Shown here: positions 21,453 through 31,017 of the stretch, piece after piece
Numbering within the stretch: position 1 is the first letter of the stretch
Layout of the letters: each line of letters begins with the position of its first letter
DNA from: an uncultured Erysipelotrichaceae bacterium
GTDB lineage: Bacteria > Bacillota_I > Bacilli_A > Erysipelotrichales > Erysipelotrichaceae
DNA length: 64,000 nt
Reading direction: 5' to 3'
NCBI GenBank assembly: GCA_942493105.1
Contig: OW818668.1
Coordinates: forward strand, 894,106-958,105
Notes under the pieces: generated by a model
The model's input: only the letters and a program-made list of their open reading frames with translations
Databases searched by the model: none
Told to the model about the DNA's origin: nothing
Program-made: the position numbers and the translations under genes

Positions 21453-22172
21453 ATGAAAAAACTAAACATGATTTATGAAGGCAAAGCCAAACAGCTTTAT
21501 ACCTGTGAAAGAGAAGATGCCTTGATCATTCATTATAAGGATGATGCGACAGCCTTCAATGGGGCAAAGAAAGCTCAAATTGAACACAAAGGCATGCTAA
21601 ACAATGCCATCTCAACCATTATCTTCAAGGAGATGGCCAAAGCAGGAATCCCAACTCATTATCTGGAAACCCTTAATGATCGTGATCAACTCTGTAAGAA
21701 AGTCCACATCATCCCACTAGAAGTCATCGTTAGAAACATCATTGCGGGAGGCATGTCCAAACGGCTCAACATCCCAGAAGGTACACCTTCCCCAAAACCA
21801 ATTTATGAGCTGTGCTACAAGAATGATGAGTTAGGTGATCCTTTGATCAATGAAGACCATGCCCTTGCGTTATGTGTCGTTACCCAAGCAGAACTAGTCA
21901 TCATTAAGAATTTGACTTTACAGATCAATGAAGTCCTCAAGAAATTATTTGATCAAGTGGGTATCTTGTTGGTTGATTTTAAAATTGAATTTGGTAAGAC
22001 TCTTGATGGAAATATCGTTTTAGCAGATGAGATCTCACCGGATACTTGTCGTTTTTGGGATAAAGAAACCAAAATGAAGTTAGATAAAGATCGTTTCAGA
22101 AGAGACTTGGGACAAGTAGAAGATGCTTACCAGGAAATTCTGAGACGTCTAGAATTGATCAAAACAGTATGA
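21453..22172 (+). CDS. purC: SAICAR synthetase
   Basis: LYEGKAK N-terminus. Confidence 0.9.
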   Translation: MKKLNMIYEGKAKQLYTCEREDALIIHYKDDATAFNGAKKAQIEHKGMLNNAISTIIFKEMAKAGIPTHYLETLNDRDQLCKKVHIIPLEVIVRNIIAGGMSKRLNIPEGTPSPKPIYELCYKNDELGDPLINEDHALALCVVTQAELVIIKNLTLQINEVLKKLFDQVGILLVDFKIEFGKTLDGNIVLADEISPDTCRFWDKETKMKLDKDRFRRDLGQVEDAYQEILRRLELIKTV

Positions 22173-23581
22173 GCGAAATCGATTTGATTTATGAAAGGGA
22201 ACTTCATGAAGAATGTGGGGTATTTGGTGTTTATAATTGCCCCAAAGCTTCTGAACTGACCTATTATGGACTACATGCGCTCCAACACAGAGGCCAAGAA
22301 GGAGCAGGCATCGTTGTTTCAGACAATGAGAAATTAACCAGTGTAAAAAATGAAGGCAATGTTCGTTATGTTTTTCCTGAGTCCGTGCTTAAAAAATTGA
22401 TTGGGATGCATGCGATTGGTCATGTTCGATACTCTACCACAGGTGGTGGTGGAATCCTTAATGTTCAGCCATTTTTGTTTAGACATGGAGGTGGCGATTT
22501 TGCCTTGTGTCATAATGGAAATATCGTAAATTCTCAGATCTTAAGACAAAATCTTGAACGTAAAGGATCTATCTTTCAAAGTTCCTCTGATTCAGAAATC
22601 TTAGCTCACTTGATTTATCAGGATTCTCGTGTCAAACGTATCGCAGCCATCAAAGAAGCTTTGATCTATCTAGAAGGAGCTTTTGCCTTTTTAATTTTAA
22701 CCAAAGATCGTTTATATGCCATGCGTGATCGTCATGGATTACGTCCTTTATCGATTGGAACTTTGGATGATGGTTATGTGGTGGCCAGTGAAACCTGTGC
22801 TCTTGATGCGGTAGGGGCTACTTTCTTACGCGATATTTTACCTGGTGAAATCGTAACCATTGATAAAGATGGCATACAAAGCGATTTTTATTCTAAAGAT
22901 ACACAGTCAAAAATTTGTGCAATGGAGTACATTTATTTCTCACGTCCGGATAGTGATATCTTAGGTCTTAACGTTCATCGTTCACGTAAAGAAGCGGGAC
23001 GGATCTTAGCCAAAGAAAGTCCAGTCGATGCGGATATCGTCATAGGGGTACCAGATTCATCATTATCTGCAGCCTATGGTTATGCGGAAGCCAGCGGAAT
23101 TCCTTATGAAATGGGTCTCATTAAGAATCGATATGTGGGCCGTACCTTTATTGAACCTTCGCCAGCCTTACGAGAAAAAGGTGTCAAAATGAAACTGTCA
23201 CCTTTAAGATCGATCATTGCAGGAAAAAGAGTTGTGTTGATTGATGATTCAATCGTGCGTGGTACAACTTCCATGAAGATCGTTGAATTGCTTAGACAAT
23301 GCGGAGCTACGGAAATCCATATGCGGATCGCATCACCAGCCATCATTGCGCCTTGTTTTTATGGTGTTGACACATCAACGTATGAAGAACTCATCAGTGC
23401 ATTTAATGATGTTGAAGCAGTCAGACAATTGATTAAAGCAGATTCACTAAAATTCCTATCCATGGATGGTTTAAAACAAGCCTTAGGAAACAGAGATTTC
23501 TGTCATGCCTGTTTTACGAAAAATTATCCAACACATTTATATGAACACATTGAAAACGCCAATAAAGACGGCAAATTCTAA
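22169..23581 (+). CDS. purF: amidophosphoribosyltransferase
   Basis: N-terminal CGVFGV nucleophile Cys and a PRTase motif. Confidence 0.9.
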   Translation: MSEIDLIYERELHEECGVFGVYNCPKASELTYYGLHALQHRGQEGAGIVVSDNEKLTSVKNEGNVRYVFPESVLKKLIGMHAIGHVRYSTTGGGGILNVQPFLFRHGGGDFALCHNGNIVNSQILRQNLERKGSIFQSSSDSEILAHLIYQDSRVKRIAAIKEALIYLEGAFAFLILTKDRLYAMRDRHGLRPLSIGTLDDGYVVASETCALDAVGATFLRDILPGEIVTIDKDGIQSDFYSKDTQSKICAMEYIYFSRPDSDILGLNVHRSRKEAGRILAKESPVDADIVIGVPDSSLSAAYGYAEASGIPYEMGLIKNRYVGRTFIEPSPALREKGVKMKLSPLRSIIAGKRVVLIDDSIVRGTTSMKIVELLRQCGATEIHMRIASPAIIAPCFYGVDTSTYEELISAFNDVEAVRQLIKADSLKFLSMDGLKQALGNRDFCHACFTKNYPTHLYEHIENANKDGKF

Positions 23582-23590
23582 AGGAGCAAT

Positions 23591-24609
23591 ATGAGTCAAC
23601 ATTATACAGAGGCTGGTGTCAACCTAGAAGCCGGCTATGAATCCGTAAGACGAATTAAAACTCATATTGAAAGAACACGTAACTTAGGAATGATGTCCAA
23701 CATCGGTTCATTTGGAGGTCTTTTCGATTTGTCACTTTATAAGATCAAAGAGCCGATATTGGTCAGTGGAACAGATGGGGTAGGTACTAAACTCAAGATT
23801 GCATTCATGATGGATAAGCATGATACGGTAGGGATCGATGCGGTGGCCATGTGTGTCAATGATATCTTAGCGCAAGGTGCTTTACCGCTTTATTTTTTGG
23901 ATTATATTGCGATTGGAAAGAATAAACCTGAGGTTGTTGAAGCTTTGGTTAAAGGGGTCGCAGATGGTTGTGAATTAGCTGGATGTGCTCTTATTGGCGG
24001 AGAAACAGCTGAAATGCCAGATATGTATCAAGATGGTGAATATGACATCGCTGGGTTTTCAGTGGGTGTCGCAGAGAAATCACAACTCATCTCAACTCAA
24101 AATGTTAAAGCAGGGCAAGTTGTCATTGGATTATCTTCCAGCGGAATCCATTCAAATGGTTTTTCTTTGGTCAGAAAGATTCTTTTAAGGATAACAAACT
24201 CTCTCTTGATGAACCTTTTGAAGGTTCTACGATAGGGGAAACCATCTTAACGCCAACTAAGATCTATGTTAAATCTGTTATGGCTGTACTAAAAGAAATC
24301 AAAGTATCAGGCATTGCACATATAACAGGTGGTGGATTTATCGAAAATATGCCTCGTTGTCTACAAGAAACCCAGGGTTTATTGATTAAAAAGGGTTCAT
24401 GGACGATTCCTTTGATCTTTAAGAAACTTCAAGATTTAGGACAAATCGAAGAATCGGAAATGTTTAACATCTTTAATATGGGGATTGGAATGATTTTGAT
24501 CGTTGATCAAAAAGATGTTGACCAAGCACTTTTGATTTTAAAGTCTCATGGCGAAACTGCTCAAGTGATCGGTGAAGTGACCAACAACCCAGGAATTATA
24601 TTGGTATGA
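23591..24609 (+). pseudogene. purM: AIR synthetase interrupted by a +1/-1 frameshift
   Basis: The N-part (23591..24235) and C-part (in frame from ~24187..24609) are both PurM-like. The frame changes inside ttttaagg at 24183-24190. Confidence 0.8.
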
Positions 24610-25178
24610 AACGACTTGTGATTTTCGCTTCAGGTAGTGGCACTAATTTCGAAGCCATCGTTGAAGCTAAAAACAAAGGTCACTTGGATGCAGAAATCAT
24701 AGGATTGATTTGCGACCATGCGGATGCAGGATGTTTGTCTAGAGCAGATCGTCACCACATCCCCAGTGCTATTTTCCTTAGATCACAATATCCTTCAAAG
24801 CAAGCCATGGATGAAGCCATCCTAAAACAAGTCCAATTATGGAAAGCAGATTGGCTCATCTTAGCTGGATATATGCGCTTATTAAGCCCAATCATCATCC
24901 ATGCTTACCCTAAACATATTTTAAATATTCATCCTTCATTGTTGCCTAAATACAAAGGAAAAGATGCCTTAGGTCAAGCTTTAGCAGCACATGAAACGAC
25001 CTTAGGGGTCAGCATCCATTATGTAGATGAAGGCATGGATACAGGTGAAATCATCAAACAAGTATCTTTTCAAATCAAAGAAGGAGATGACAGGACAGAA
25101 GCAGAAATTCTGTTACATCAACTTGAACATCAGTTATACCCACAAATCATTCAGCAATTACTCAAGGAGAACCTATGA
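24606..25178 (+). CDS. purN: GAR transformylase
   Basis: VIFASGSGTN N-terminus. Confidence 0.85.
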   Translation: MKRLVIFASGSGTNFEAIVEAKNKGHLDAEIIGLICDHADAGCLSRADRHHIPSAIFLRSQYPSKQAMDEAILKQVQLWKADWLILAGYMRLLSPIIIHAYPKHILNIHPSLLPKYKGKDALGQALAAHETTLGVSIHYVDEGMDTGEIIKQVSFQIKEGDDRTEAEILLHQLEHQLYPQIIQQLLKENL

Positions 25179-26710
25179 AAAAAAGAGCATTATTAAGTGT
25201 TAGTGATAAGACAGGTCTGGTTGAATTGGCCCAAGTCTTGGTTGATCACGGGATTGAATTGATCTCAACAGGGGGTACTAAGAAAACCCTTCAAGAAGCG
25301 GGTTTGCTTGTATTGGGTATCGAAGAAGTCACAGGTTTTCCTGAAATGTTGGATGGCAGAGTCAAAACACTGCATCCATTGGTTCATGGGGGACTTTTAT
25401 TCAAGCGCCATGATCCTTCACATCTTCAGCAAATACAAAGTGCTCATATTCAACCCATCGATTTTGTCATCGTCAATCTGTATCCTTTTCAAAAAACCAT
25501 TGAAAAAGCAGATTGTACGATTGAAGAAGCCATTGAAAATATCGATATCGGTGGACCTTCGATGTTAAGAAGTGCGGCTAAGAATCATCAAGATGTGACT
25601 GTCATTTGTGATCCAAAAGATTATGCAAGTTTGATTTCTCAACTGAGTGAAAAAGGAGAGACTGACTTTACTTTTAGACAAGCCATGGCAGCGAAAGTTT
25701 ATCGGTCCACAGCTGCATATGATGCCCTGATTGCCCAATATATGAATGCGTTGGTCAACATTGAATTTCCTGAACGTTTAACTGAAACCTATGTCTTGAA
25801 CCAAACTTTAAGATATGGTGAGAATCCTCATCAAAAAGCAGCTTTTTATGTGACACCTTTTGAAGAAAGAGATTCATTATCAGCGGCAATTCAACTTCAT
25901 GGTAAGGAACTTTCTTATAATAATATCCAAGATGGGGCTGCAGCTTTACAACTGCTTAGTGAGTTTGATCAGCCTGCTGTGATCGCACTTAAACATACCA
26001 ACCCTTGTGGTGTAGGGATATCTTCTGATTTGTATCACTCCTGGAGAAAAGCTTTTGAAGCCGATACCACCAGTATCTTTGGAGGTGTAGTGGCCTTTAA
26101 TCGTGAAGTTGATGGACAAATCGCCAAAGAACTCTCTGAAATCTTTTTAGAGATCATATTGGCACCTTCTTATACTGATGAAGCACTCAATATTTTAACT
26201 CAAAAGAAAAATATTCGTGTAATGAAAACATCAGATCAGAATTCTAGACCTTATCTAAAAACAAGTGTTAGAGTTGCGGGTGGTTTATTAACTCAAGACA
26301 CAGATAAACATTCTAGTTCTGAAACCCAACTTAAAACAGTCACGATCAAACATCCAAGTTCTTCTGAAATAAGTGATGCATTGTTTGGAGAGAAAGTTGT
26401 TAAGCATGTTAAATCCAATGCGATCGTTATCGTTAAGGATGGACAGACTTTAGGCATCGGTGCAGGTCAGATGAATCGTGTCGGTGCAGCTGAAATTGCA
26501 CTAAAACAAGCCGGTGAAAAAGCCATAGGGGCAACTTTAGCATCAGATGCTTTCTTTCCTATGAATGATACAGTGGCCTTAGCTGCTCAATACGGGATCA
26601 CATGTATCATTCAACCAGGAGGCTCCATTAAAGATCAGGACTCTATTACAGCCTGTGATGAAGCCAATATCGCCATGATTTTTACCGGTGAAAGGCATTT
26701 TAAACACTAA
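25175..26710 (+). CDS. purH: AICAR transformylase / IMP cyclohydrolase
   Basis: RALLSVSDKTG N-terminus; 511 aa. Confidence 0.9.
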   Translation: MKKRALLSVSDKTGLVELAQVLVDHGIELISTGGTKKTLQEAGLLVLGIEEVTGFPEMLDGRVKTLHPLVHGGLLFKRHDPSHLQQIQSAHIQPIDFVIVNLYPFQKTIEKADCTIEEAIENIDIGGPSMLRSAAKNHQDVTVICDPKDYASLISQLSEKGETDFTFRQAMAAKVYRSTAAYDALIAQYMNALVNIEFPERLTETYVLNQTLRYGENPHQKAAFYVTPFEERDSLSAAIQLHGKELSYNNIQDGAAALQLLSEFDQPAVIALKHTNPCGVGISSDLYHSWRKAFEADTTSIFGGVVAFNREVDGQIAKELSEIFLEIILAPSYTDEALNILTQKKNIRVMKTSDQNSRPYLKTSVRVAGGLLTQDTDKHSSSETQLKTVTIKHPSSSEISDALFGEKVVKHVKSNAIVIVKDGQTLGIGAGQMNRVGAAEIALKQAGEKAIGATLASDAFFPMNDTVALAAQYGITCIIQPGGSIKDQDSITACDEANIAMIFTGERHFKH

Positions 26711-27945
26711 TGAACCGTATCTTGATCATTGGATCTGGAGGTCGTGAGCATGCTTTAGCGGCTTGTTTCAAGAAGAGCCCAACTGTTGAGAAAGTTTTTG
26801 TCGCCCCAGGAAATCCAGGAATGTGTGATGTTGCAGAAATCGTACCCATCTTAGCAGATGATTTTGAAGCACTGATTGAATTCTCAAAAGCCAATCAGAT
26901 CTCATTGGTATTTGTTGGCCCAGAGGCCCCCTTATCCAAAGGCATCGTCGATGTTTTATCAGCGCAAAATATACCGATCTATGGACCAACAGCCAATGCT
27001 GCTCGTTTAGAGTCCAGTAAATCTTATGCCAAATCCATTATGAATAAATATGGAATCCCAACTGCCAAACATGTGACTGTACATACCTTGGCAGAAGCTC
27101 TTCAATATCTTTCTTTAAATGCAGCCCCTATTGTCATCAAAGCCGATGGTTTGATGGCAGGCAAAGGAGTTACAGTTGCGATGAAGGATGAAGAAGCCAT
27201 TGAAGCCATTCATGAGATCTATCATCATGAATCTATCGTTTCACCTGTTGTGATTGAAGAGTATCTTGAAGGCGAAGAATTTTCCTTGATGGCCTTTGTG
27301 AAGGGAAAAACAGTTGTCGCTATTGACATAGCCCGCGACCATAAACGAGCCTATGACTTTGATCAAGGTCCAAATACAGGTGGTATGGGTGCTTACTCAC
27401 CTGTCCCTCAGATTTCTCAAGCTCAAATTGATGAAGCTATGGAAAAGATCATGCGTCCCATTGCCCAGGCAATGGTTCTAGAAGGAAATCCATTTGAAGG
27501 TGTCTTATATGGCGGCTTAATGGCAACCAAAGACGGCATCAAAACCATTGAATTCAATGTTAGATTTGGAGATCCTGAAACCGAAGTGTTATTACCTCGT
27601 CTACTCAATCCGCTGGATCAAGTCATCTTTGATATGATCAATGATCAAGAAGTTCACTTAAAGTTTGATCCAAATTTTGCCTTAGGGGTAGTTTTAGCTT
27701 CGAAAGGGTATCCAAAAAACTTTGAGAAAGGCCATTTGATTTTAGGTTTAGAAAACGTTGAGGCACAGGTTTATCATATGGGGACTTCTTATCAAGATGG
27801 ATATAGAAATGCTTCTGGCAGAGTATTGTGTGTTGTAGAAATGGCTTCTACCCTACAAGAAGCAGCCCTTAAAGTCTATAAGGAAATCTTAAAGATCGAC
27901 GCACCTCAGTTGTTTTATCGACACGATATTGGGATAAAAATCTAA
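26710..27945 (+). CDS. purD: GAR synthetase
   Basis: ILIIGSGGREHAL N-terminus. Confidence 0.9.
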   Translation: MNRILIIGSGGREHALAACFKKSPTVEKVFVAPGNPGMCDVAEIVPILADDFEALIEFSKANQISLVFVGPEAPLSKGIVDVLSAQNIPIYGPTANAARLESSKSYAKSIMNKYGIPTAKHVTVHTLAEALQYLSLNAAPIVIKADGLMAGKGVTVAMKDEEAIEAIHEIYHHESIVSPVVIEEYLEGEEFSLMAFVKGKTVVAIDIARDHKRAYDFDQGPNTGGMGAYSPVPQISQAQIDEAMEKIMRPIAQAMVLEGNPFEGVLYGGLMATKDGIKTIEFNVRFGDPETEVLLPRLLNPLDQVIFDMINDQEVHLKFDPNFALGVVLASKGYPKNFEKGHLILGLENVEAQVYHMGTSYQDGYRNASGRVLCVVEMASTLQEAALKVYKEILKIDAPQLFYRHDIGIKI

Positions 27946-27994
27946 TCTAACCAATAGAATAAACTGATGAAGTTCTCTGGTGTATACTTATTGT

Positions 27995-28456
27995 ATGGAA
28001 GACAAAGTAAAAAAACCTCGCTTTGATTTAGAAACACAATCAATTCTTGATGAATTATTGGCTCTTGATAAAAGAGATGCTTTAAGATGGGCACTTGATG
28101 TAGCTGAGCACACACTGGATCGTTTTGAAATCATTGCCCCCAAAGATTCCAGACCCAAAACATGCATTACTTTAGGTAGGCAATGGTTAAAAGAATCAGT
28201 GCCTTTTAAACTAATTAGGGCTAGTGCTTTAGCAGCCCATGCGGCAGCACGATCAATAGAAGATCCATATGCCATTGCGGCTGCCAGGGCTTGTGGTCAT
28301 GCGATCGCAACGATCCATGTTCAGACACACAGTATTGGAGCAGCCATCTATGGATTAAAGGCTTGTCGAAGTGAAAGCGAACGTTTAAGTGAAAGAGCCT
28401 GGCAGATTCAACATCTAAACGACATCAAGGAAAGCAGGGGTCATCATGAGAACTGA
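27995..28456 (+). CDS. conserved hypothetical protein, overlaps ANT(6) start by 11 nt
   Basis: ~154 aa alanine-rich helical protein; likely co-transcribed with the downstream gene. Confidence 0.4.
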   Translation: MEDKVKKPRFDLETQSILDELLALDKRDALRWALDVAEHTLDRFEIIAPKDSRPKTCITLGRQWLKESVPFKLIRASALAAHAAARSIEDPYAIAAARACGHAIATIHVQTHSIGAAIYGLKACRSESERLSERAWQIQHLNDIKESRGHHEN

Positions 28457-29315
28457 GCAAGAAATGATGGAATTGATACTTAACTTCACAACTCATGATG
28501 ATAATATTCGAGCTGCTTATATGAATGGATCTCGAGCAAATCCAATGATCCCCAAAGATGAATACCAAGATTATGATGTGGTATTTGCTTGTCATGATAT
28601 CCAAAGGTATTTGGATGATCATTCCTGGATCGATACTTTTGGAAAAGTCGCCATCCTGCAAGAAGCCGATAAGTCAGATACACAACTGTATGCAACATCA
28701 CCACGTATAGAATCTTACATATTTCTCGTCTTGTATCAAGATGATGTCAGAACAGATCTGTGTTTTAAAACCATTAAGCAAGCCCTCATAGAATATGGTA
28801 CAGATAGTTCAACCATATTATTGCTGGACAAAGACCATCGTTTCAAGACCTTAGAACCTGCTTCAGACAAGGATTATCATATTCAAAGACCAAGTTCATT
28901 TACAGTGGAATGTTCAATCAATGAGTTCTACTGGTGTCTTCAAAATGTTGCTAAAAGCTGTGCACGTGATCAAGTACCTTATGCCCTTTGGATGATGAAT
29001 GGACCCATCAGAGAAATGCTGCATCGAATGATCGAGTGGAAGATTGGTATTGATTATAACTTTACTGTTTCAACGGGCAAGTGTGGAAAAGGTTTCAAAC
29101 AGTTTCTGTCTGCTGATCTTTATCAACGCTGGGAAGCCACTGTCAGCGATGCCTCGATTGATCATATTTGGGATAGTGCTTTTAACAGCATCACTCTATT
29201 CTCAGAAATTGCTCAAGAAGTGTGTCACGCACTAGATATCCCTTATCATTATGATGAAGAGCGCGAAATCACAGCTCATCTTAAACGAATACACATGAAA
29301 ACAAGGCCTCAATAA
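28446..29315 (+). CDS. aminoglycoside 6-nucleotidyltransferase ANT(6) (streptomycin adenylyltransferase family, AadK/AadE-like)
   Basis: ELILNFTTHDDNIRAAYMNGSRANPMIPKDEYQDYDVVF and WKIGI closely parallel the AadE/AadK sequences recalled from memory. Confidence 0.8.
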   Translation: MRTEQEMMELILNFTTHDDNIRAAYMNGSRANPMIPKDEYQDYDVVFACHDIQRYLDDHSWIDTFGKVAILQEADKSDTQLYATSPRIESYIFLVLYQDDVRTDLCFKTIKQALIEYGTDSSTILLLDKDHRFKTLEPASDKDYHIQRPSSFTVECSINEFYWCLQNVAKSCARDQVPYALWMMNGPIREMLHRMIEWKIGIDYNFTVSTGKCGKGFKQFLSADLYQRWEATVSDASIDHIWDSAFNSITLFSEIAQEVCHALDIPYHYDEEREITAHLKRIHMKTRPQ

Positions 29316-29436
29316 AGGGTCTTGTATTGTAATTGTTTCTTTAGCCATATTATCAAGACCATTTAGGATGTTATAATTGAGTTAGAAGATGATTCCTATG
29401 TGTTAACTTATTTTCAAAAGAAAGAAGGAAGCAAGA

Positions 29437-29979
29437 ATGGGAAAAGCGACAGATGATTTAAGGCATGAGCATGAAGTGATCCTCAGTGTTTTAGACATCG
29501 CAGATGACATCATGAATTCTACAAAAGAAGATGAGGTAAAACTCAAATACTGCAATGAAGTGCTTTATTTCTTATCGACTTTTACCGATAAGTGTCATCA
29601 TGGTAAAGAAGATGCGTATCTGTTTCCTACCTTGGTTTTAAAAGGGGTTCCAGATAATGATGGTGTCATTGCGATGTTGATGCATGAACATGTGCTTGGT
29701 CGTGCCATGGTTCAAACCATGAGAGAAGACATTGATAAAAAAGACTTGAATACTCTGAAAGATCACTTCAAAGAGTACAGTATCTTTGTCCGTAAACACC
29801 TCAGTAAAGAAAACAACATCCTATTTCCATTATCGGATAAGTTACTTAAACAAGAAGATCAAGATGAATTGATAGAAGACTATGAGATCCATGAGGAAAG
29901 TATTGTAGGTCATGGGATACATGATCAAATCGTCAATATGATCGATAAATGGTTGATCGAATTTGAAATCAAAGTTTAA
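29437..29979 (+). CDS. hemerythrin-like (HHE cation-binding) domain protein
   Basis: LRHEHEVI and MHEHVLGR His/Glu motifs. Confidence 0.7.
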   Translation: MGKATDDLRHEHEVILSVLDIADDIMNSTKEDEVKLKYCNEVLYFLSTFTDKCHHGKEDAYLFPTLVLKGVPDNDGVIAMLMHEHVLGRAMVQTMREDIDKKDLNTLKDHFKEYSIFVRKHLSKENNILFPLSDKLLKQEDQDELIEDYEIHEESIVGHGIHDQIVNMIDKWLIEFEIKV

Positions 29980-29997
29980 AAAAATGAGGTAAGTCTT

Positions 29998-30933
29998 ATG
30001 GATGAAAAGACCCTATCGTGGTTGGATAATTCTGATCCGGTTATTCGTTTTCGTTTGCATCGAGATCTTTTAAAAAGTGACCATGAGAAAATTCAATCAA
30101 TTCAAGAAGAGATAGAAAAAACAGGTTGGGGATCTGCCTTTTTAAGTTGTCAAAATCCCGATGGACATTGGGGTCTCGCCTATTACTTACCCAAGTTCAC
30201 ATCGACCCATTACACCTTACTGATGCTAAGGATGATTTGGTTTCCAAGTTCAAATCCCACAATAAAGAAAACTGTAGAAATGGTCCTTGATCAAAACATA
30301 GCCCAAGACGGAGGTCTTGCGCATCGTATGGGATATCCTAACAGTGATGTCTGCATTGTTGGGATGTTTTTGAATTTTGCTTGTTACTTCAAGGCTTCTG
30401 AAGAGAAATTAAAAACTCTGATTGATTTTTTCATTAAAGTTCAACTTAAAGACGGTGGCTTCAACTGTCAATATAAGAAAAAATACACGCATCACAGTTC
30501 TGTTCACACCACCTTATCGGTTGCGGAAGGACTATGGGAGTATGAACGAAATGGATACACATATAAACTTGGTGAAGTTAAAAGAATGCGTCATGAAGCC
30601 AATGAATTCTTACTGATGCATCATTTATATAAGAGTGATAAAGATGGACATATTATGGATGAACACTTCTTATCGATGCATTGGCCTTATCATTGGCACT
30701 ATGATCTTTTAAGGGCTTTAGAATACTTTGCCTTTTCTGATACACCATATGATAAACGCATGCAAGATGCTCTAGATTGGCTGATCAGTAAAGAAAAAAA
30801 TGGTGTTTGGCCACTGAGTCCACGTTATGCAGGACAGTACTTTTTTACCATGGAAAAAGTCAGTCAAAAAAGTAAAATAAACACAATTCGAGCTATGTTT
30901 GTCTTAACTCACTATTGTAATCAAAGATATTGA
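29998..30933 (+). CDS. prenyltransferase/squalene-cyclase-repeat (alpha-alpha toroid) protein
   Basis: Repeated QxxDGxW / DGGF-like motifs: QNPDGHWG, QDGGLAH, QLKDGGFNCQ, KEKNGVWP. Confidence 0.5.
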   Translation: MDEKTLSWLDNSDPVIRFRLHRDLLKSDHEKIQSIQEEIEKTGWGSAFLSCQNPDGHWGLAYYLPKFTSTHYTLLMLRMIWFPSSNPTIKKTVEMVLDQNIAQDGGLAHRMGYPNSDVCIVGMFLNFACYFKASEEKLKTLIDFFIKVQLKDGGFNCQYKKKYTHHSSVHTTLSVAEGLWEYERNGYTYKLGEVKRMRHEANEFLLMHHLYKSDKDGHIMDEHFLSMHWPYHWHYDLLRALEYFAFSDTPYDKRMQDALDWLISKEKNGVWPLSPRYAGQYFFTMEKVSQKSKINTIRAMFVLTHYCNQRY

Positions 30934-31017
30934 TCATATTTCTAAGCGATATAATATTGCTTTAAATAGTTAAGCGTATAATGTGTTTAGGCACGTCTTG
31001 AACGGCGGAGGTAAAGA

